A stretch of 64,000 nucleotides of DNA. Origin: Camelus ferus (lineage: Eukaryota). Shown piece after piece: positions 59,771 through 64,000 of this stretch; position 1 is the first letter of the stretch; each line of letters opens with the position of its first letter. The stretch is taken from NCBI RefSeq assembly GCF_009834535.1, contig NC_045696.1, positions 44,456,001 to 44,520,000 of the forward strand, written 5' to 3'. The notes below the pieces were generated by a model, which worked only from the letters and a program-made list of their open reading frames with translations, did not search any database and was not told the origin of the DNA. The translations under genes and the position numbers were made by a program.

Positions 59771-61994
59771 AATGAATTCCTGTATCTATGTATCTGTAAT
59801 TAGATCTACACACATGTGTGTGTACTCAGCACTGAATGTGTGTATGTTAGCCAGTCTACATTAAACACTGCCTATTTACCCCTAATCCATATTGTTTCAA
59901 ACCAGACCACTCACCTCTATCCTTCAGGCTCTTCTTCAGTGCAAGTGGTTCTGCTCTTACCTACTATAAGTCCCTGTCCTACCGAGTTCCACGGCTTTAG
60001 GTGAAAAGAATATCTTCTAGACTGAGTGTTAACTAGAAGACCATTCTTTATTTAACAAAAATACAGTTGCTGATTGTCTCTAAAAACCAAAATAGCACCT
60101 CACTGCCACTGTCCAACTCACAGCTGCAGAGAATCACACTATTACTAGTAATAATACTGTCTTCTGGTAACTGCTGCCACTTACTACTGACACACAGAAT
60201 GCTCCACACTGAACCTTATTTCACTTAATTTACCCAGGCCGCTTATTAACTAGTAGAGATTTTGCTATATAATCATTCCATGGCCATTTACGCTTGAGCT
60301 GTAGCAGAAAATTCAAGAGGAGGGGTAGAAAACAGTGAACACTTTTATTCTCATTAAAGAATCTTGGCTCTGAAGTGTTAAGTAAGGGACTTCTGCATCT
60401 AGCTTTTGGTGAATGACATTCTCCATGAGGCCCTCCTTTTCCAAGATACCAGATCCCAGCTACATTAGAACAAGCACCTGTGGATTCTGGTTCCTGAAAA
60501 GGAACCTCATTGTGAAACATGGAACCTTTCTGACAACCACCCATGAGAGCTGTCCCCAACTGGCCTTGAAGACTGCATCCTTATTGGTTTTCTTTTTAGC
60601 TCACTGATATTTCAAAAAGGGACTTGGGTGTTCTTTTCCTTCCCACCTGGCCACCAGGCCTGTGATTATACCTCACATGTCTGAGTGACAAACCTGATTA
60701 TGTGTCATCATGATATGTCTCATTACCTTTTGGAGGCTGCCTGTTTCGAAAATCGTTAGACTTTTAGTATAGGTATTTGCTAAGTTATCATCTTCCTTTC
60801 CACAAGACTGTGAGACTGTTGGATTTATCATCCCTAATATGTCTTGGTTAATTCAAACTGAACTGCACTGTTCATACTTGATTATTATTAAAGTCATATT
60901 TTTGAGTGAAGGGCTAGCCCCTGGTTTAAAAGAGAAATGCATTTCCTGAAAGGGTGATACAATAAATAATTAGCTCTTCCGAACTAGTTTGAATTTGCTC
61001 ATCAGATTAAACAGAGCCATTGATGGGGAGAAGGAGGGAAAAGGAAGAGAAAGCTACAGAGTATGCTAAGGAAAGATCAAAATGAGGAGTTAAAATATTG
61101 GACCTTTGGATACAATGGATTGAAGATGTCAAAATAAAGGGAAGCACTAATACAACATCCACAAGAATAATTCCAAGTATTTTAAAATTTTGCCTAAGGC
61201 TAACGCTGAAAGACCAAAACATATCTCAGAAAGGTTGTCAGCGGTAAAGGAATATACACCTAATGGAAGCAAGTAAAAGGAGGCGTGCTAAGCTTCATTT
61301 GAGGGATATTTTCTTCCTCTAATGTTTGTGGAAATATCAAATACATGCTAATTTTTTTTCTAACGTCTTTCTAACTATGTCTCCACTTCCTGTTTAGGAG
61401 TTTTACAGATTTTAATCTATAATGCGCAGTTATGATGTCAGTACAATTCAAAGGAGAGGCAGAAGAGCTATCTTGCTCTTGTTAAGTTACTATCCTCTAG
61501 GCAATTAGAGAAAATGGAAAAGGAAAGTATTAATCCACACCTTAAAGGTAAAGAGGTTAAAACAAGTTCAACTTCTGACAATATTATGGTGTTTGTGGTT
61601 GTACAGCCTGTTGCTTTCAGATCTAAATACTGGGAGAGCACAGAAGGAAGGTATATTTCAGGATCAGAGGACTGTTAGGGGATCCTTTGGCTCCTCTGTG
61701 TTTACACTAACCTCAAATTAAATATCAGCACATTCTGTCACATTAATTTAAATCTTTGCTCAATTTATTTTGCTAAGAGGAATAGACAACTTGTTCTCAA
61801 GGTAAATCAGTGATGAAGAAAACAGAAAAAATCATAGACCTACTGATTCCCTACTGATTTGGAGACAAACTTCAAATTATAAAAAATTATCTTGAGCCAT
61901 CTTAGAAATCATCATCACTCTCACATTTGGTAATCAGAAGCAGTATTAATGGCACTGCTGGAAATTTCCTGACCCCTAAATTTAAAAATGTGTT

Positions 61995-62585
61995 AATTTA
62001 TTCAAAAGTTATTTATCTGTGACTGTAGTAGACCTGGAACTCTTACAAGTCCTGAGGATGCAGCAATGAACAAGAAAATCTATATGCAAGGCATTTTCTA
62101 GTGGGGTGAATTATATGTGTTTGTATGTGTGCACACATGCATATGTATAGGAGTTATAGAACTTGGACTGTAAATAAATAGACAAACAAATAAGGAAAAT
62201 ACAAAATTGTGGAAAGTACTGAGGAGAGAATGACTGAGTCTCCGGTCAAGATTTGATGGACAGGAAACCTGAGTGATATTCCAACTGAGATCTAAATAAC
62301 AAAAGGAGACAATGAAGCAGAGGGGATTAAGAGGAATGGTTGGCACATGGGCTTCTGGGTAGAAATTAGGGAGTAATATCCAGTGTATCTTATTGTGGTA
62401 GGTGAGAGAAAGAGCTGTACTAGAAATATGAGTTGGCCAAGGGTTAAGTCATGTAGAATTTTGTAGCCAAGATAAGAAATTTGGATTCATTCTAATTGTG
62501 TTGGGAAGTTGGGAAGGGTTTTAAGTAAAGTCTAACATGATTTGAATTACAATTTTAAAACATCCTATTCGCTTCTGGGTGAATT
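61995..62585 (-). mobile_element. L2 LINE 3' region
   Basis: 'ctgaggatgcagcaatgaacaag', 'gccaagataagaaatttggattcattctaa', 'aacatgatttgaattacaattttaaaa'. Confidence 0.85.
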
Positions 62586-62639
62586 GTTAGCTGAAGTACA
62601 ACAAATATTTTGGGAAACATGTATTGTTGCTTCTTCAAA

Positions 62640-63625
62640 GTGGTCATTCTCTTTTGTTCATTTTCAAATATCTGAGTGCCAATTTGGGACAAACACTGTA
62701 GTCTTTGCTAGACAGGCAATGTGAGCTAATGTGGGTCCTTATTCTCATGGAGTTCACTCTCTGAGAAGGGACATAGAAATTAATTAATCACACTAAGGAT
62801 ATATAAATACCATCTGCAAAATGTTCTGAAGAAAAGGGAAAGGATTATATCTTAACATGTACCAAACGATCCAAATCTGACTGGGAAGTCACAGAAAACT
62901 TTACATTAGCTGTGATCAAAAGAATGAGTAGGAGTAAACTGATTTTTACCCTAAGTACAATGAAGGCTTTAAGCAGGATGACATGATTCAGTGTGGGTTT
63001 TAAAGTGATCATTCACTCTGGCTTCAGCTGAAGAATAGATTGGAGGGAGAACAAAATAAATGCAGAGGGACAACTTAGGGGGATCTCCTAAGAGATAATG
63101 GTGGCTAAGAACAGAGTGAAGGTATCAATGAAGAGAAAAACAAATTCCGTAGATATTGAGATGACAAAAGTGAGTGGTCTTGATAACAGATCAGGTAGGA
63201 GGAGTGAGGATACAGAAGGCAACAAACAGCCTGGGCTAGTGAATAAATGATGATGACATTTACTGCAAGAACAGATAGAGAAAGAGGATCAGGTTTGAAG
63301 AGAAAGACCATGAATCTGGTCATACACATCACAAATTTGTGATATCTTCAAACTATCCAAGTGATACTGTCAAGTCAGTCATTGGATATACTGACAGAGC
63401 AGAGCAGAGCTATGGGCTAAAGAAATAAATCTGGACATCCCCATGGTGACAAGAACTGTGGATGTGTTGAAATTTCCTAGTGAAAGACTATTTTAGCCTA
63501 TTTCTGAGCTTTAAGGAACTCCAGAATTTGATGACCCAGTAGGAAAGGAACTGCTGGCAGAGGAAATCTGAAAAGCAGGGCCAGACAGGTAGCATTTGAA
63601 GAACGTCCAATTAGGTCAAATGATT
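62640..63625 (-). mobile_element. Second L2 LINE 3' region
   Basis: 'gtccttattctcatggagttcactct', 'ggctttaagcaggatgacatgattcag...cactctggct', 'gtcagtcattggatata'. Confidence 0.85.
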
Positions 63626-64000
63626 ATGAAGAACTAGGGAGGGTATGGGAGTTTTCTCTATGTACAAGCTAATAAGTTAGTCTGTTACTGCTTTATAAGT
63701 GCCGGCAGAAGACCCAATACTCCTGAACTAGAGACAAAGGACTTTATTATTCACAGTAAATACAGTGGCAGGATGCTCTTGCTGGTTCCCCATGTGTCCT
63801 AAGTCCTGTGGAGTGATGTGAAGTGCCCATGGTGGATGTTTGCAGATGCAGTGGGTTGCCCTACAGGAGAGGAACACTGAGCATGGAAGATTAACCACTT
63901 TTATGGTAAGGTGGAAATAAGCATGCTCATTATCTGGAGGAAAGTGTTACCTTATTCCTCAGGGTTGCTTGCTGGAAATGCACCCGGAGAAATGGCAGAG
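63626..64000 (-). mobile_element. ERVL-class LTR (MER74-like), runs off window end
   Basis: 'caagctaataagttagtctg...ggcagaagac...agagacaaaggactttattattcacag...gcagtgggttgc' is related to the LTR at 52106. Confidence 0.8.

Noticed and set aside
61839..61860. Short tandem duplications (CCTACTGATT x2; similar ones near 6140, 22190, 39185, 55460)
   Set aside because: Ordinary slippage duplications with no higher-order pattern.
1..64000. Prokaryotic systems (operons, CRISPR arrays, defence islands, prophage)
   Set aside because: Mammalian repeats occur throughout; the longest ORF is 120 aa and there are no regularly spaced repeats.

Overview
This is AT-rich, CpG-depleted mammalian nuclear DNA, not microbial. 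Two tRNA-Ala-derived SINEs of the Vic-1 type (9424-9573, 53320-53462) point to a camelid. The window is intronic or intergenic, and roughly half of it is recognisable transposon debris: L1, HAL1, L2, MIR, MaLR/ERVL/ERV1 LTRs and hAT MITEs. I cannot identify any protein-coding exon, RNA gene, CRISPR array or operon-like system. The ORFs in the track are short chance ORFs or decayed TE frames (L1 ORF2p, MaLR internal ORF). Subfamily names come from my recollection of consensus sequences, and boundaries without target-site duplications (TSDs) are approximate. The sequence does not support a new biological system. The best leads are a TSD-flanked, internally deleted L1 (5'UTR joined to the ORF2 C-terminus, 18612-20025), two minus-strand first-exon-like signals (about 1988-2076 and 49020-49173), and a few CpG-retaining unique segments with palindromes that may be enhancers.
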